A stretch of 64,000 nucleotides of DNA from Candidatus Methanomethylicaceae archaeon (GTDB lineage Archaea; Thermoproteota; Methanomethylicia; Methanomethylicales; Methanomethylicaceae): contig JACTUC010000008.1 in NCBI GenBank assembly GCA_015660995.1, positions 10,645 through 74,644 of the forward strand, written 5' to 3'. The position numbers and the translations under genes were made by a program. Shown here in pieces: positions 29,743-40,420 of the stretch (positions within the stretch are counted from its first letter, which is position 1; the number at the start of each line of letters is the position of its first letter). The notes beneath the pieces were generated by a model. That model was not told the origin of the DNA. It made no database searches and saw only the letters and a list, made by a program, of their open reading frames with translations.

Positions 29743-30910
29743 GCGCTCCTCCACCTGTTGCACCTGCCCCCTCGATGATCTCGATGTAGGGCAAGTACTC
29801 CGTCGCCACCTTCTTCATGGAAGCATGCATCCCTCCCCCGATCTCCCTCAAAGCCTCCTTTTTATTGCCCCTGACCTCCTTCGTTGCGCTGAGCATACTT
29901 ATCCTACGAGGGAAGTTGTACCTCGTGAATCTATATTCCCCCCTCCTCGCTAGCGCTGCACCGCCAGTGGCAAGCTCGATGGCATAGCTGAAGAGATCCC
30001 ACATCTGTTTCCTCTTGACTCTGTTCATGAAGATATCAGCCTTCGATAGCCAGTCATACGCGAACTCGCGGTCTGCCGGGTCTGGGTACTGATTTGGGAT
30101 GTTCTCGTTTATCCACTGGAGAAGCATCTCCGGGTCGACAGACGCGCCTTCAGCTGCTATCTTGGCTTCAAGGCACCCCTCAGCCGAGAATATGGACTTC
30201 ATCACGTCGAAGATCCCTCTCTCCTGCACCCTTGAGAAGAGCATCCCGACCTCCTCATCCTTGAGAGCCTTCCTCCCCTCAGCGAGCATCTGCAGGTCGT
30301 TTATCGCGGCCCTCAGATCCCCTCCAGCCCTCTCTGCAACCCTGGCTATCAGGGCATCGTCCACTGCGACGCCGTTGAGCTTTGCTATCCTTCTCAGCTG
30401 GACCTCGATGCTGGGGGACCTGATCCTCCTGAACTGGATGATCTCGCATGCATCTCTGAGCGACCTGAACTTCGGGTCCCACGGGTCGTTCACAGCCATG
30501 ACTATGGGGTACCGTGACTCCTTTACCACCCTGAGTATTGCCGATAGCCCTCCCCTGTCCTCCCTTCCGGAGATGCCATCCAGCTCGTCCAGAAAGATGA
30601 GCTTCCCCTTCCTTCCGAAGAGGGACCCTTGGAGGGACGCCCCGCCGGCCACCCTCTCCACGAGTTCCTCTGTCCTAGAATCGCTTGCGTTCATTTCGAC
30701 TAGGTCGAGGTCAAGCTCCTTCGCGATAAGGCCTACTGCCACGGACTTTCCGGTGCCTGGCGGGCCAGTCAGGAGCACTGCTCTCTTGGTCGTTGCCTTG
30801 CCGTCTTCCCTTGACCTGACCCAGCCAAGCAGCTGCTCCACTGCGGGGTAGTTGCCAGCTATCTCCTTGAGGTTGGAGGGCTTGTAGCGTTCGGTCCAGG
30901 GCAGGCTCAA
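29711..30910 (-). CDS. rfcL: Replication factor C large subunit
   Basis: PWTERYKP, GPPGTGKS, MNASD, GDLRAAINDLQ. Confidence 0.92.
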   Translation of the reverse strand: MSLPWTERYKPSNLKEIAGNYPAVEQLLGWVRSREDGKATTKRAVLLTGPPGTGKSVAVGLIAKELDLDLVEMNASDSRTEELVERVAGGASLQGSLFGRKGKLIFLDELDGISGREDRGGLSAILRVVKESRYPIVMAVNDPWDPKFRSLRDACEIIQFRRIRSPSIEVQLRRIAKLNGVAVDDALIARVAERAGGDLRAAINDLQMLAEGRKALKDEEVGMLFSRVQERGIFDVMKSIFSAEGCLEAKIAAEGASVDPEMLLQWINENIPNQYPDPADREFAYDWLSKADIFMNRVKRKQMWDLFSYAIELATGGAALARRGEYRFTRYNFPRRISMLSATKEVRGNKKEALREIGGGMHASMKKVATEYLPYIEIIEGAGATGGGALSRVAGSKET

Positions 30911-30916
30911 GAGGGA

Positions 30917-31885
30917 TCACCCCTTGCTTCCTATCAGAGAGATTTTGGCCAGAAGGGCGTTCAGCTGCACTTCGTCGCTTCCGCCCTCGAGCAGCCTGTA
31001 CTCGGCCTCGCCAATGACCTCTATGAGCTGGAGCTTCCTTCTCTCCTCAAGCTCGAGCCCGAGGAGTTCCCTGTGGATCTGTTTCACCACATCTAGGCCT
31101 GAGAGCCCATAGGTAACCATGAGCTTCACCGTGTCCTCTCTGGCGGAGTTGAAATCCCCGCTGAGTGCCTTCTTGAGCATCTCCTTCAGCTCTTTGGGTG
31201 AGACCCTGCCCGAGATTCTATAGACCACCTCATCATCCACAGTGCCGCCCACAGCCGACGCCGCCTGAAGGGTGTTTATGACCCTCCTGAGATCCCCCCC
31301 TCCAGCATAGATGAGAGCATCCATTCCCTTCGGAGTAATTCCCACTTTCTCGATCCCGCAGATGTACTTCACCCTCGCCTTTATGTCGTCCGGCTTGAGC
31401 GGGGCGAACCTGAAGAACGCGCACCTTGACTGAATGGGTTCGATTATCTTGCTAAAATAGTTGCAGGCGAGTATGAACCTGCAGGTATTCGTATACATCT
31501 CCATGGTACGCCTCAGCGCCTGCTGCGCATCTGTCGTCATATTGTCCGCCTCGTCCAACACCAAGATCTTGAAGGGGGCATCCGCCATGCTTATGGTTCT
31601 AGCGAAGTCCTTGATGGTCGTCCTGACCACGTCTATCCCCCTCTCGTCGCTGGCATTGAGTTCGAGGTAGTTCTTATGGTACTCCTGCCCGTACAGGTCC
31701 TTCGCGAGGCAGAGGGCAGCGGTGGTCTTCCCATTACCTGGTGGGCCTGCGAAGAGGCAGTTGGGCATCGACCTCTCCTTGGCAAACCGCTTGAGCCTGT
31801 CGACTATTTCATGCTGATCTACGATCTCGTCGAGTGTTTTAGGACGGTACTTCTCTGTCCACATCACTTCATGGATCTCTGGCAA
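30917..31885 (-). CDS. rfcS: Replication factor C small subunit
   Basis: WTEKYRP, ELNASDERG, DEAD, IQSRC. Confidence 0.95.
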   Translation of the reverse strand: MPEIHEVMWTEKYRPKTLDEIVDQHEIVDRLKRFAKERSMPNCLFAGPPGNGKTTAALCLAKDLYGQEYHKNYLELNASDERGIDVVRTTIKDFARTISMADAPFKILVLDEADNMTTDAQQALRRTMEMYTNTCRFILACNYFSKIIEPIQSRCAFFRFAPLKPDDIKARVKYICGIEKVGITPKGMDALIYAGGGDLRRVINTLQAASAVGGTVDDEVVYRISGRVSPKELKEMLKKALSGDFNSAREDTVKLMVTYGLSGLDVVKQIHRELLGLELEERRKLQLIEVIGEAEYRLLEGGSDEVQLNALLAKISLIGSKG

Positions 31886-32058
31886 TTACTGGCCCCCCTA
31901 TCTCCTTTCCTCTCCTCTAAACGGTCGAATATTTAACTAAAGCGCAGCATCGCAGTCTCTCCCCGCTCAGCAAGATTTTTACCCCAAACCTGGCAATATC
32001 TCGACCGGCAAGCACACTTTTATCTGACACCGACCTAATACGTTGGCGGGAAAAATCG

Positions 32059-32766
32059 ATGCTCAGGGCCAGAGACATCACGCTCCTTGCATTTTATACC
32101 GGCCTCGTGACCGTATCGACATTGATCTTTACAGTTTATGTACCTGCCACTAGGGGTTACTTCAACGTCGGCGAGGCAGCCGTCTACATTGTAGCATTGC
32201 TCGCTGGCTCCTACGCAGGTGCCTTCGCTGGAGGGCTCGGCTCTATGCTCTCTGACATAATACTCGGCTACTTCTTCTTCGCCCCTGCTACGCTGGTGAT
32301 AAAAGGGGTGGAGGGCGGCGTTCTGGGCTTCCTGGCCGGCAAGAAACCCTCCCTCTCGCGTCATCAATGGATTGTGGCCTCGGTTGCCATTGGCGTGATC
32401 CTCTCCATTTCGGCATACGTCATTGGCTATTCCGTGGGCCCCACGCAGATCTCCGTAGGCTTTCCGGGATCAAGCAACTCAATCACGGTCACGGTGACAC
32501 CCTTGGTGTGGACCATAATAGGCTTGGTGGCCTCCCTGTCCGTTGTGCTCACATCCCTCCTCGCCAAGCCCGAGGTGGGGTGGCTCGTCCTGTCAGCAGC
32601 CCTCTCAGGCTTCCTGATGGTGCTGGGCTACTTCCTCTTCGAGCAGTTCGTCCTTGGCTTCGCAGCCATCGCAGAGGTCCCATTCAATATTGTCCAGGTC
32701 CTAGTGGGCATACTTATAGCGGTCCCAATATACAATTCCCTGAAAGCTTTGCAGAGGCGCAAATGA
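32059..32766 (+). CDS. ECF transporter S component
   Basis: GYFNVGE, APATLVIKG, PFNIVQ. Confidence 0.8.
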   Translation: MLRARDITLLAFYTGLVTVSTLIFTVYVPATRGYFNVGEAAVYIVALLAGSYAGAFAGGLGSMLSDIILGYFFFAPATLVIKGVEGGVLGFLAGKKPSLSRHQWIVASVAIGVILSISAYVIGYSVGPTQISVGFPGSSNSITVTVTPLVWTIIGLVASLSVVLTSLLAKPEVGWLVLSAALSGFLMVLGYFLFEQFVLGFAAIAEVPFNIVQVLVGILIAVPIYNSLKALQRRK

Positions 32767-32797
32767 ATTTAATTGGGTATGATAGAGAGATCAAATT

Positions 32798-33367
32798 ATG
32801 TCTCGCCGGGCTTCGGACGATATCAAGACCTCACAGTTCCTCTACGAGGAGGAACTTGTGGGCGTAGTATTTCAGAAGCCGCTCCTGGCGACCAAAGTGG
32901 GCGCTCTACAGCTCGGCGCTTTCGTTGAAGGCAACGAGGCAAGGATCCCGCTCTGGGCAGCGAAGGCCCTAGAGGCAGAGGGCATAGTCAAGCTGAATCC
33001 CGATCAATCCCAGCAGCTCATAGCCAGCGAACTCTTCAAGCTTTCATGGAAGGAGGAGCGGAACGAGGCGTTGCTCGTGCTGCCACCCAATTTCTACCCG
33101 AAGCTTAGAGAACTCACGAATCAGCTCAACGAGAGCATTAAGCAGAACCCCACCCACACGACCCTGAGCGAGCAGCGGCAGGCTTTCATGAAGGCGAAAG
33201 ACCTTATTAACTGCAGGCTGCAGAAGATTCTCCGCCTTTCGTTTGAGAGGAACCCTTCAAAACCGCTGGTTGAGGCCCTCCAGCCCGAGGAGAAGTCCCT
33301 CTTCAACAACATTAGGTCCGAGATAGACGACTGGCGTGAGAAGATCCTTCTCGAGGAGACGAAGTGA
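32798..33367 (+). CDS. GINS subunit (Gins23 type)
   Basis: IPLWAA, LPPNFY, RLQKI; overlaps the mcm start. Confidence 0.78.
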   Translation: MSRRASDDIKTSQFLYEEELVGVVFQKPLLATKVGALQLGAFVEGNEARIPLWAAKALEAEGIVKLNPDQSQQLIASELFKLSWKEERNEALLVLPPNFYPKLRELTNQLNESIKQNPTHTTLSEQRQAFMKAKDLINCRLQKILRLSFERNPSKPLVEALQPEEKSLFNNIRSEIDDWREKILLEETK

Positions 33368-35445
33368 TAATCATGACAGAAATACTGGCCGAGGTTATGG
33401 ATTATCGAGAGAGGTTTGTTAACCTCCTCAAGTCCTTCCAAGACAAGAAGGGCGCTTTCAAGTATAGGGAAGCGCTGGCAGAGATGGCAACCCAGGGGAA
33501 GGTCTCCCTAGTAATAGACTTCGACGACCTAATCTCATTCGACCCGGACTTGGCATCAGATCTCAAGGACAAGCCCATGGAGATTGTACCCAAGGCCGAC
33601 GCAGCGATCCTCGATGCGATGCGCGTCGAGAACATGCAGTACGCAGCCAAGGTCAAGGGCACTAAGGTTAGGTTCCGCAACCTGGACGAGGTCGTGCCGC
33701 TGCGCTCGCTGAAGTCCCGCCACATGGGCAGGCTCCTGATGGTGGAAGGCATAATCACCCGGTCATCAAGCATAAAGCAGCTCCTGAGGACCGGCGTCTT
33801 CCAGTGCCCCCGGTGCGGCGAGAAGATGGTTGTGGAGCAGGGAGGCACGGCCCTCATAATGCCGCCCAGGTGCGCCAACGAAGACTGCCAAAGAACGGGC
33901 TTCTTCAAGCTGATCCCGGAGGAGTCGACCTTCTCCGACTGGCAGATGATCTCGCTCCAGGAGAAGCCTGAGGAGCTCCCACCTGGCCAGCTCCCGAGGT
34001 CGGTCGAGGCGATTCTCCAGGGCGACCTCGTGGACATCTCACGTCCCGGTGACAGGATATCGCTGGTGGGTACGCTCCAAGCCAAGCAGGAGTTCACGTC
34101 GAAAGGGTTCAGGCTTGCGACCTTCTCCACAGGCATTGAGGCGAACAACCTGGAAGTCTCCGAGAAGGGCGCCACGGAGGTCCTGGTAACGCCCGAGGAT
34201 GAAAAAATCATAAAGAAGCTCGCCAAAGACCCCGCCTTGTACGAGAAGATATTTGGCTCCATCGCTCCCTCCATTTACGGCTACGAGGAGATCAAGGAAG
34301 CAATAGCTTACCAGCTGGTTGGTGGCGTCCCCAAGACCATGCCCGACGGCATCAGGATAAGGGGTGATATCAATATTTTGCTGGTGGGAGATCCTGGGAC
34401 TGCGAAGAGCCAGATGCTTCAATACATCGCCCGAATTGCCCCCCGTGGGGTTTACACCTCGGGCAAGGGCTCGACTGCTGCAGGCCTGACTGCGACGGTG
34501 ATAAGGGATAAGAACACCAACGAGTTCTTCCTTGAAGCTGGTGCCTTAGTATTAGCAGATAAGGGCATAGCATGCATCGACGAGATCGACAAAATGCGAC
34601 CGGAGGACCGTTCCGCCATACACGAGGCCATGGAGCAGCAAACCATAAGCATAGCCAAAGCTGGCATTGTGGTTCAGCTCAACGCCAGGAGCAGCATCCT
34701 CGCTGCAGCCAACCCTGCCTTCGGCAGGTATGTCCCTCAGAGGACCATTGCTGAGAACATCCAGGAGCTGCCGGTCACAATACTCTCAAGGTTCGACCTG
34801 ATCTTCACCCTGCTCGACAGGCCCGAAGAGGGTCGCGACAGGAGCATGACCGAGCACATCCTCAAGCTCCACCAGGGCATAAGGATCGAGAAGGAATCAA
34901 TGATAGAGCGAGAGTTCTTCAAAAAATATCTCTTCTACATAAGGAAGAACGCGAACCCGAGGCTCTCCGAAGGGTCGATTAAGAAGATAGAGGAGTTCTT
35001 CCTCGCGATGAGGGCCCAGGGCGAGGGGGCAGACTCACCAGTTCCAATAACCATGAGGCAGCTGGAGGCGATCATAAGGCTCTCCGAGGCTCGGGCCAAG
35101 CTTGCCCTGTCAAAGGAGGTTACGGAAGAGGATGTTGCCCATGTGACCCGGCTCATCACACACTTCCTGACCCAGGTCGGTACCGACCATGCTACGGGCA
35201 AGCTTGATATAGACACCCTCATGGTGGGCAGGCCAAAGTCCACCAGCGACAAAATGGCTGGATTGTTCGATCTCCTCATGACGATTCAGAAGGACAACGA
35301 AGGAGGGCCAATTAAGAAGGAAGTGTTCCTCGAGCGTGCCGAGCTGGAGCACTACGGCAGGGAGTTCGTTGAGAAGAACCTGCAGCAGTGGCTCAATGAC
35401 GGCGTGATCTACGAGCCCAAGGCTGGCTTCATCAAGAAGACCTGA
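33364..35445 (+). CDS. mcm: MCM replicative helicase
   Basis: Zn finger, GDPGTAKSQ, IDEIDKM, LSRFD; no intein evident. Confidence 0.96.
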   Translation: MIIMTEILAEVMDYRERFVNLLKSFQDKKGAFKYREALAEMATQGKVSLVIDFDDLISFDPDLASDLKDKPMEIVPKADAAILDAMRVENMQYAAKVKGTKVRFRNLDEVVPLRSLKSRHMGRLLMVEGIITRSSSIKQLLRTGVFQCPRCGEKMVVEQGGTALIMPPRCANEDCQRTGFFKLIPEESTFSDWQMISLQEKPEELPPGQLPRSVEAILQGDLVDISRPGDRISLVGTLQAKQEFTSKGFRLATFSTGIEANNLEVSEKGATEVLVTPEDEKIIKKLAKDPALYEKIFGSIAPSIYGYEEIKEAIAYQLVGGVPKTMPDGIRIRGDINILLVGDPGTAKSQMLQYIARIAPRGVYTSGKGSTAAGLTATVIRDKNTNEFFLEAGALVLADKGIACIDEIDKMRPEDRSAIHEAMEQQTISIAKAGIVVQLNARSSILAAANPAFGRYVPQRTIAENIQELPVTILSRFDLIFTLLDRPEEGRDRSMTEHILKLHQGIRIEKESMIEREFFKKYLFYIRKNANPRLSEGSIKKIEEFFLAMRAQGEGADSPVPITMRQLEAIIRLSEARAKLALSKEVTEEDVAHVTRLITHFLTQVGTDHATGKLDIDTLMVGRPKSTSDKMAGLFDLLMTIQKDNEGGPIKKEVFLERAELEHYGREFVEKNLQQWLNDGVIYEPKAGFIKKT

Positions 35446-35459
35446 TCGGAGGGCCCAGT

Positions 35460-37667
35460 ATTAGGGTAGACGACCTTCCCATCCGCGACGAAGCCAAGAG
35501 GCTCTACCGCGAGATGGGCATTACCGATCTTTACCCTCCCCAGGAAGAAGCTGTGAAGTCAGGGGTTCTGGAAGGCAAGAACCTTGTCCTGGCCATCCCC
35601 ACAGCCTCTGGAAAGACGATGGTGGCCGAGCTATGCGCCCTCAAGCACGTGATGGAGCGCCGGGGGAAGGCCCTTTACCTTGTTCCACTCAAGGCCCTTG
35701 CCTCAGAGAAGTACGAAGATTTCAAGAAGTTCAACAAAATAGGGCTGAGGGTGATACTCTCCACGGGCGACTTTGACACCCTGGATCCGACGCTCGGAAG
35801 GTATGACATAATTATCGCAACAAATGAGAAGGCGGACTCGATCTTCCGGCACAAGCCTGCTTGGATCAACAGCCTTACACTGCTAGTCGTTGACGAGATT
35901 CATCTCTTGGGCGATGGGTCTAGGGGTCCTACGCTGGAAGCTGTCATGACTAGGTTCCGCCTCCTCAATCCTAAAGCGCAGATACTGGCCCTCAGCGCGA
36001 CAATCAGCAACGCCGACGAGATGGCTGGCTGGCTGGGTGCCCAGCTTGTCACGAGCGATTGGCGACCAGTTCCCCTCATGGAGGGTGTCTATTTCCACGA
36101 ATCTGTAATGTTCAGTGACGGCCAGAACAAGAAGGTGGAGGGCGTCGAGACTGACCCCGTGGCACGCTTGGCAGTGGACGTGATAAAGTCTGGAGGCCAG
36201 ATGCTCGTCTTCGCTGCGAGCAGGCTCTCTTCCACCTCCCTGGCCAAGCGGATGGAAACGCCCGTAAGAAACCTGCTCAAGGGGAGCGAGGAGAAGAAGC
36301 TGCTTGAGCTCTCGTCCAGGATACTAAAGATGGGGGAGCGCACCCGCATATCCAACAAGCTTGCCAAGGCTGTCTCCAATGGTGTCGCCTTCCACCACGC
36401 GGGCCTGACCTACGAACAGAGGAAAGCGGTCGAGGACGCTTTCCGATCGTTTTTGGTCAAGGTAATATGCGCCACGCCTACTTTGGCCGCAGGCGTCAAC
36501 CTACCCGCGAGGCGGGTACTCATCTACGATTACAGGCGCTACGAGGCAGGCCTCGGCCAATCGAACATACCCGTGCTGGAGGAGAAGCAGATGGCTGGCA
36601 GGGCTGGCAGACCCAAGTACGACAAGGAGGGCCAGGCAATAATCCTTGCAAGGAGCGAAGAGGAACGCGACTTTCTGCTGGAGCAGTACGTGCTCGCCAA
36701 GCCCGAGAAGGTCTGGTCGAAGCTGGGCAACGCCTCCTCGTTGAGGTCCCACATACTGGCAGCAATCTCCATGGGGCTGGCATGCTCCCAGGAGGGTGTC
36801 TTCGACTTCCTTGAGAGATCCTTCTGCTCCTACCAGTACGGTATAAACTCATTCAAGGGCGCGATCCTCGAATCGCTGGATATGCTTACGAGCGAAGGCA
36901 TGGTGAAGTCTGAGGGGAAAGATCTGCTCCCGACCCCGCTTGGCAGGAGAGTGGCAGAGCTGTACATAGACCCGAAGTCCGCCGTTATCCTGAAGAACGG
37001 GCTCAAGATCCGCCGCTCTGGTGTGCCTGCCATAGGCTACCTCACGCTGATCTGCCACACCCCTGACATGCCCAAGCTCTACATCCGCAGAAAGGAGCTC
37101 GAGGAGCTGAAGGCGTTCCTTGAGTCCAACTGCGACCTCTTCCTTTACGACCTTCCCCAGGATGAAGGCTTTGACTATGAGATGCTCCTCACGGAAGTGA
37201 AGACGTCCCTCCTCATCAAGGACTGGATCGACGAGCTGCCTGAGGACGCGATAGTGGAGAGGTTCGACGTAGGATCCGGGGACATTTACGCCTACGTCGA
37301 GTCGGCAAAGTGGCTGGTCCACTCCGCCCACGAGCTTGCGAAGCTGATGGGGTACCCAGAGTCTATGAAGCCGCTCTTGGACTTGAACGTGAGGATCGAG
37401 AACGGCGTGAAGGAGGAGCTCCTGCAGCTTATATCGCTGAAGGGCGTAGGCAGGGTTAGGGCCAGAGCCCTCTTCTCGGCAGGCTACAAGGGCATCGATG
37501 ACCTGAAGAGAGCTTCCCCAACGGAACTTGGCAGGATCCCAACATTGGGGCCGGAGACCATACGATCGATTAAGGAGCAGGTGGGTGGTAGCGTCACCAA
37601 GGAGGAGTGGTCTATGGTTAAGTCCAGATCCGGCACCAAGCAGTCGTCCATGGACGACTACGGATAA
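35460..37667 (+). CDS. hel308: Hel308/Hjm helicase; probable ATT (or CTG 35442) start
   Basis: LYPPQ, PTASGKT, DEIH, QMAGRAGR, HhH; N-terminus IRVDDLPI precedes ATG 35514. Confidence 0.92.
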   Translation: MRVDDLPIRDEAKRLYREMGITDLYPPQEEAVKSGVLEGKNLVLAIPTASGKTMVAELCALKHVMERRGKALYLVPLKALASEKYEDFKKFNKIGLRVILSTGDFDTLDPTLGRYDIIIATNEKADSIFRHKPAWINSLTLLVVDEIHLLGDGSRGPTLEAVMTRFRLLNPKAQILALSATISNADEMAGWLGAQLVTSDWRPVPLMEGVYFHESVMFSDGQNKKVEGVETDPVARLAVDVIKSGGQMLVFAASRLSSTSLAKRMETPVRNLLKGSEEKKLLELSSRILKMGERTRISNKLAKAVSNGVAFHHAGLTYEQRKAVEDAFRSFLVKVICATPTLAAGVNLPARRVLIYDYRRYEAGLGQSNIPVLEEKQMAGRAGRPKYDKEGQAIILARSEEERDFLLEQYVLAKPEKVWSKLGNASSLRSHILAAISMGLACSQEGVFDFLERSFCSYQYGINSFKGAILESLDMLTSEGMVKSEGKDLLPTPLGRRVAELYIDPKSAVILKNGLKIRRSGVPAIGYLTLICHTPDMPKLYIRRKELEELKAFLESNCDLFLYDLPQDEGFDYEMLLTEVKTSLLIKDWIDELPEDAIVERFDVGSGDIYAYVESAKWLVHSAHELAKLMGYPESMKPLLDLNVRIENGVKEELLQLISLKGVGRVRARALFSAGYKGIDDLKRASPTELGRIPTLGPETIRSIKEQVGGSVTKEEWSMVKSRSGTKQSSMDDYG

Positions 37668-37711
37668 GGCTATTTAAGGGCGCCCGCTCGATCTTAGATC
37701 GAACTGTTCAA

Positions 37712-38914
37712 GTGGTGTTCTCCATGCGGCGCTTCAATATTGCAACCGACGAAGAGATCAGGTCCGGTGGGACCTCGGACATTTACTACCCCCGAACCAG
37801 GGAGGTCTTGGAGGCCAAGGGGATCGACAAGAAGGTAGTCGCAGAGGTGACCGTCGGCAAGCTGCCCGAGGAGTGGGGATGGGGCGTATTCTGCGGGCTT
37901 GATGAGGTGCTCACCCTCTATGAAGGCCTGCCGGTCGACATCTATGCCATGCCCGAGGGGACGATCTTCCCCACCAGGGACGCACGAGGTTTCCGCCTCC
38001 CTCAGATGGTAGTAGTGGGAAAGTACAATTCATTTGTCAATGTGGAGACGGCAACCGTGGGCCTTCTCTGCCAAGCGTCGGGGGTCGCCACCTCGGCCGC
38101 AAGGGTCAAAAAGGCTGCTAAGAACAAGACCGTCTTTGCCTTCGGCATAAGGAGGATGCACCCTGCCATAGCACCCATGCTCGACAGGTCCGCCTACATC
38201 GGTGGCTTCGACGGCGTGTCGGGCGTGGCAGGCGCGAAGCTCCTTGGCATAGAACCCACGGGGACGATGCCGCACCCCTTGATCCTCCTCTTCGGGGATC
38301 AGAAGGCTGCCTGGAAGGCATTTGACGAGGTTGTCCCAAAGAACGTCCAGAGGATAGCGCTGGTGGACACGCTCTGCGACGAAAAGTTCGAGTCGATCAT
38401 GGCTGCAGAGGTTCTCGGCAAGAAGCTCTACGGTGTCAGGATTGACACCCCCGGCTCAAGGAGGGGCGATCTCCTCGAGATTGTAAGGGAGGTGCGCTGG
38501 GAGCTAGATGCTAGAGGCTTCAAGAGTGTTAAGATATTTGTTTCAGGTGGATTAGATGAGAAGTCTGTCCTCAAGCTCGCCGAGGGTCCGGTAGATGGAT
38601 TTGGCGTGGGGACATCGGTTGCCAACGCCCCAACCATCGACTTCTCGATGGATGTGGTTGAGGTCGAAGGCAGACCAAGAACTAAGCGCGGCAAGTACAG
38701 CGGAAGAAAGCAGGCGTGGCGCTGTGAAAAATGCAACCGGTGGATTACCGCCCTTCACAGTGAGAAGCTCGAAAAGTGCGATGCCTGCGGAGGAAGAATG
38801 CGCCCTATGCTGGAGAAGGTCCTAGCAAACGGCGCCATAGTCGGTAAAGCCCTGCTGCCCCGGCAGACAAGGGGGCGTGTCCTCGAGCAGCTTGGGCACT
38901 ACGTGCTGGAGTGA
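37712..38914 (+). CDS. pncB: Nicotinate phosphoribosyltransferase
   Basis: DIYY, FGIRRMHP, GTMPH, SGGLD, FGVGT. Confidence 0.88.
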   Translation: MVFSMRRFNIATDEEIRSGGTSDIYYPRTREVLEAKGIDKKVVAEVTVGKLPEEWGWGVFCGLDEVLTLYEGLPVDIYAMPEGTIFPTRDARGFRLPQMVVVGKYNSFVNVETATVGLLCQASGVATSAARVKKAAKNKTVFAFGIRRMHPAIAPMLDRSAYIGGFDGVSGVAGAKLLGIEPTGTMPHPLILLFGDQKAAWKAFDEVVPKNVQRIALVDTLCDEKFESIMAAEVLGKKLYGVRIDTPGSRRGDLLEIVREVRWELDARGFKSVKIFVSGGLDEKSVLKLAEGPVDGFGVGTSVANAPTIDFSMDVVEVEGRPRTKRGKYSGRKQAWRCEKCNRWITALHSEKLEKCDACGGRMRPMLEKVLANGAIVGKALLPRQTRGRVLEQLGHYVLE

Positions 38915-38920
38915 TGAAGC

Positions 38921-40192
38921 ATGGCCGATTTCACCATCAGGAGTATAAAGGCAAGGGAGATACTCGACTCGCGTGGGAACCCAACGGTCGAGGTGGACGC
39001 AACCACCCAGGCCGGATTCGGAAGGGCTTCTGTCCCCTCCGGCGCCTCAACGGGAACCTACGAGGCGGTGGAGCTTAGGGATGGCGGGAGTAGGTTTCAT
39101 GGCAAGGGGGTGCTCAAGGCTTGCAGAAACGTAGACTCGGTCCTGGCTCCAGCCATTGTAGGGATGGACTCCCGCGACCTTGCCGAGATAGACAAAAAGA
39201 TGATCTCGCTGGACGGTACGGACAATAAGTCCCGGCTTGGCGCAAATGCCATATTGGGCGTATCCTTGGCGGTCGCAAAAGCAGCCGCCGACACGGCAGA
39301 GTTGCCTCTCTTCAAATACCTTAACCCAGACTCCTACCTGCTGCCTGTCCCGCTTATGAACATAATAAACGGCGGCAAGCACGCTGGAAGCAGCCTCGCA
39401 ATCCAGGAATTTATGGTCGTTCCCGTGGGCGCGAAGTCGTTGAAGGATGCTCTGAGAATCGGCTCGGAAGTCTACATGGAGCTGAAAAAGATCCTGAAGG
39501 AGAGCTATGGTCCCTCCGCTATCAATGTGGGGGACGAAGGGGGATTCGCTCCTCCCATTTCGGACTCGCGTACCGCCTTTGGTTCCCTTATCAAGGCGAT
39601 CAAGGGGGCGGGATACACCGAAAACGATGTCAAGATTGCCATCGATTCAGCAGCTACAAGCTTCTACGGCAACGGGAAGTACTCGATAGATGGTGAAACT
39701 CTCGCACCGGACGCGCTTCTAGCTCTCTATGAGAGGCTGGTAGGCGAATACCCAATTATCTCCATTGAAGACCCCTTCGAGGAGGACGATTATTCCTCCT
39801 TTGTGGCAATAACCAAGAACCTTGGCAAGAAGGTTCAGATAATCGGCGACGATATCTTCGTGACCAACATCAAGCGATTTGAAAAGGGCGCTGCCATGGG
39901 TGCTGCCAACTCCCTGCTTCTCAAGGTAAACCAGATAGGCACACTGACCGAGGCAATTGAGGTCGCCAAATACGCCTTCAGCAAAGGCTACACGGTTGTC
40001 GTGAGCCACCGCTCAGGCGAGACGGAGGATTGCTATATTGCAGACCTTGCCGTGACCCTCAATGCCGGACAAATAAAAGCAGGAGCGCCTGCGAGGGGGG
40101 AGAGGATCTCAAAGTACAACCAGCTCATAAGAATAGAAGAGCTGCTGGGTTTGAAAGCAATGTTCCCTGGAAAGAGCGCTTTCAACAGGTGA
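38921..40192 (+). CDS. eno: Enolase
   Basis: DSRGNPTVE, GDEGG, SHRSGET, KYNQL. Confidence 0.97.
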   Translation: MADFTIRSIKAREILDSRGNPTVEVDATTQAGFGRASVPSGASTGTYEAVELRDGGSRFHGKGVLKACRNVDSVLAPAIVGMDSRDLAEIDKKMISLDGTDNKSRLGANAILGVSLAVAKAAADTAELPLFKYLNPDSYLLPVPLMNIINGGKHAGSSLAIQEFMVVPVGAKSLKDALRIGSEVYMELKKILKESYGPSAINVGDEGGFAPPISDSRTAFGSLIKAIKGAGYTENDVKIAIDSAATSFYGNGKYSIDGETLAPDALLALYERLVGEYPIISIEDPFEEDDYSSFVAITKNLGKKVQIIGDDIFVTNIKRFEKGAAMGAANSLLLKVNQIGTLTEAIEVAKYAFSKGYTVVVSHRSGETEDCYIADLAVTLNAGQIKAGAPARGERISKYNQLIRIEELLGLKAMFPGKSAFNR

Positions 40193-40250
40193 GCCCGGAC
40201 AATTAAATTATTGATTGGAAAATGCGAGCAGATGCAGCCCTTAAGATAAT

Positions 40251-40281
40251 GTGTGCGGGATTGAAATTTAACCCCAACCCC
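40251..40281. repeat. Boundary palindrome S1 (full)
   Basis: gtgtgcggga-ttgaaatttaa-ccccaacccc. Confidence 0.75.
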
Positions 40282-40420
40282 AATCTGGATTAAGGAAGGG
40301 TCCCTCTGGCAGGCCACGGGACTGGCATTCATTACTCCTACCAAGTAGGAGGTTTATGTCTCCTAAAACCTATGACAGCACTCAACAAAACTATTAAATA
40401 ACAAAATTCCATGTAAGAAA

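Noticed and set aside
31971..31990. Possible half-site caagattttta-ccccaaacc in the core region
   Set aside because: Single weak match in a promoter region; may be chance
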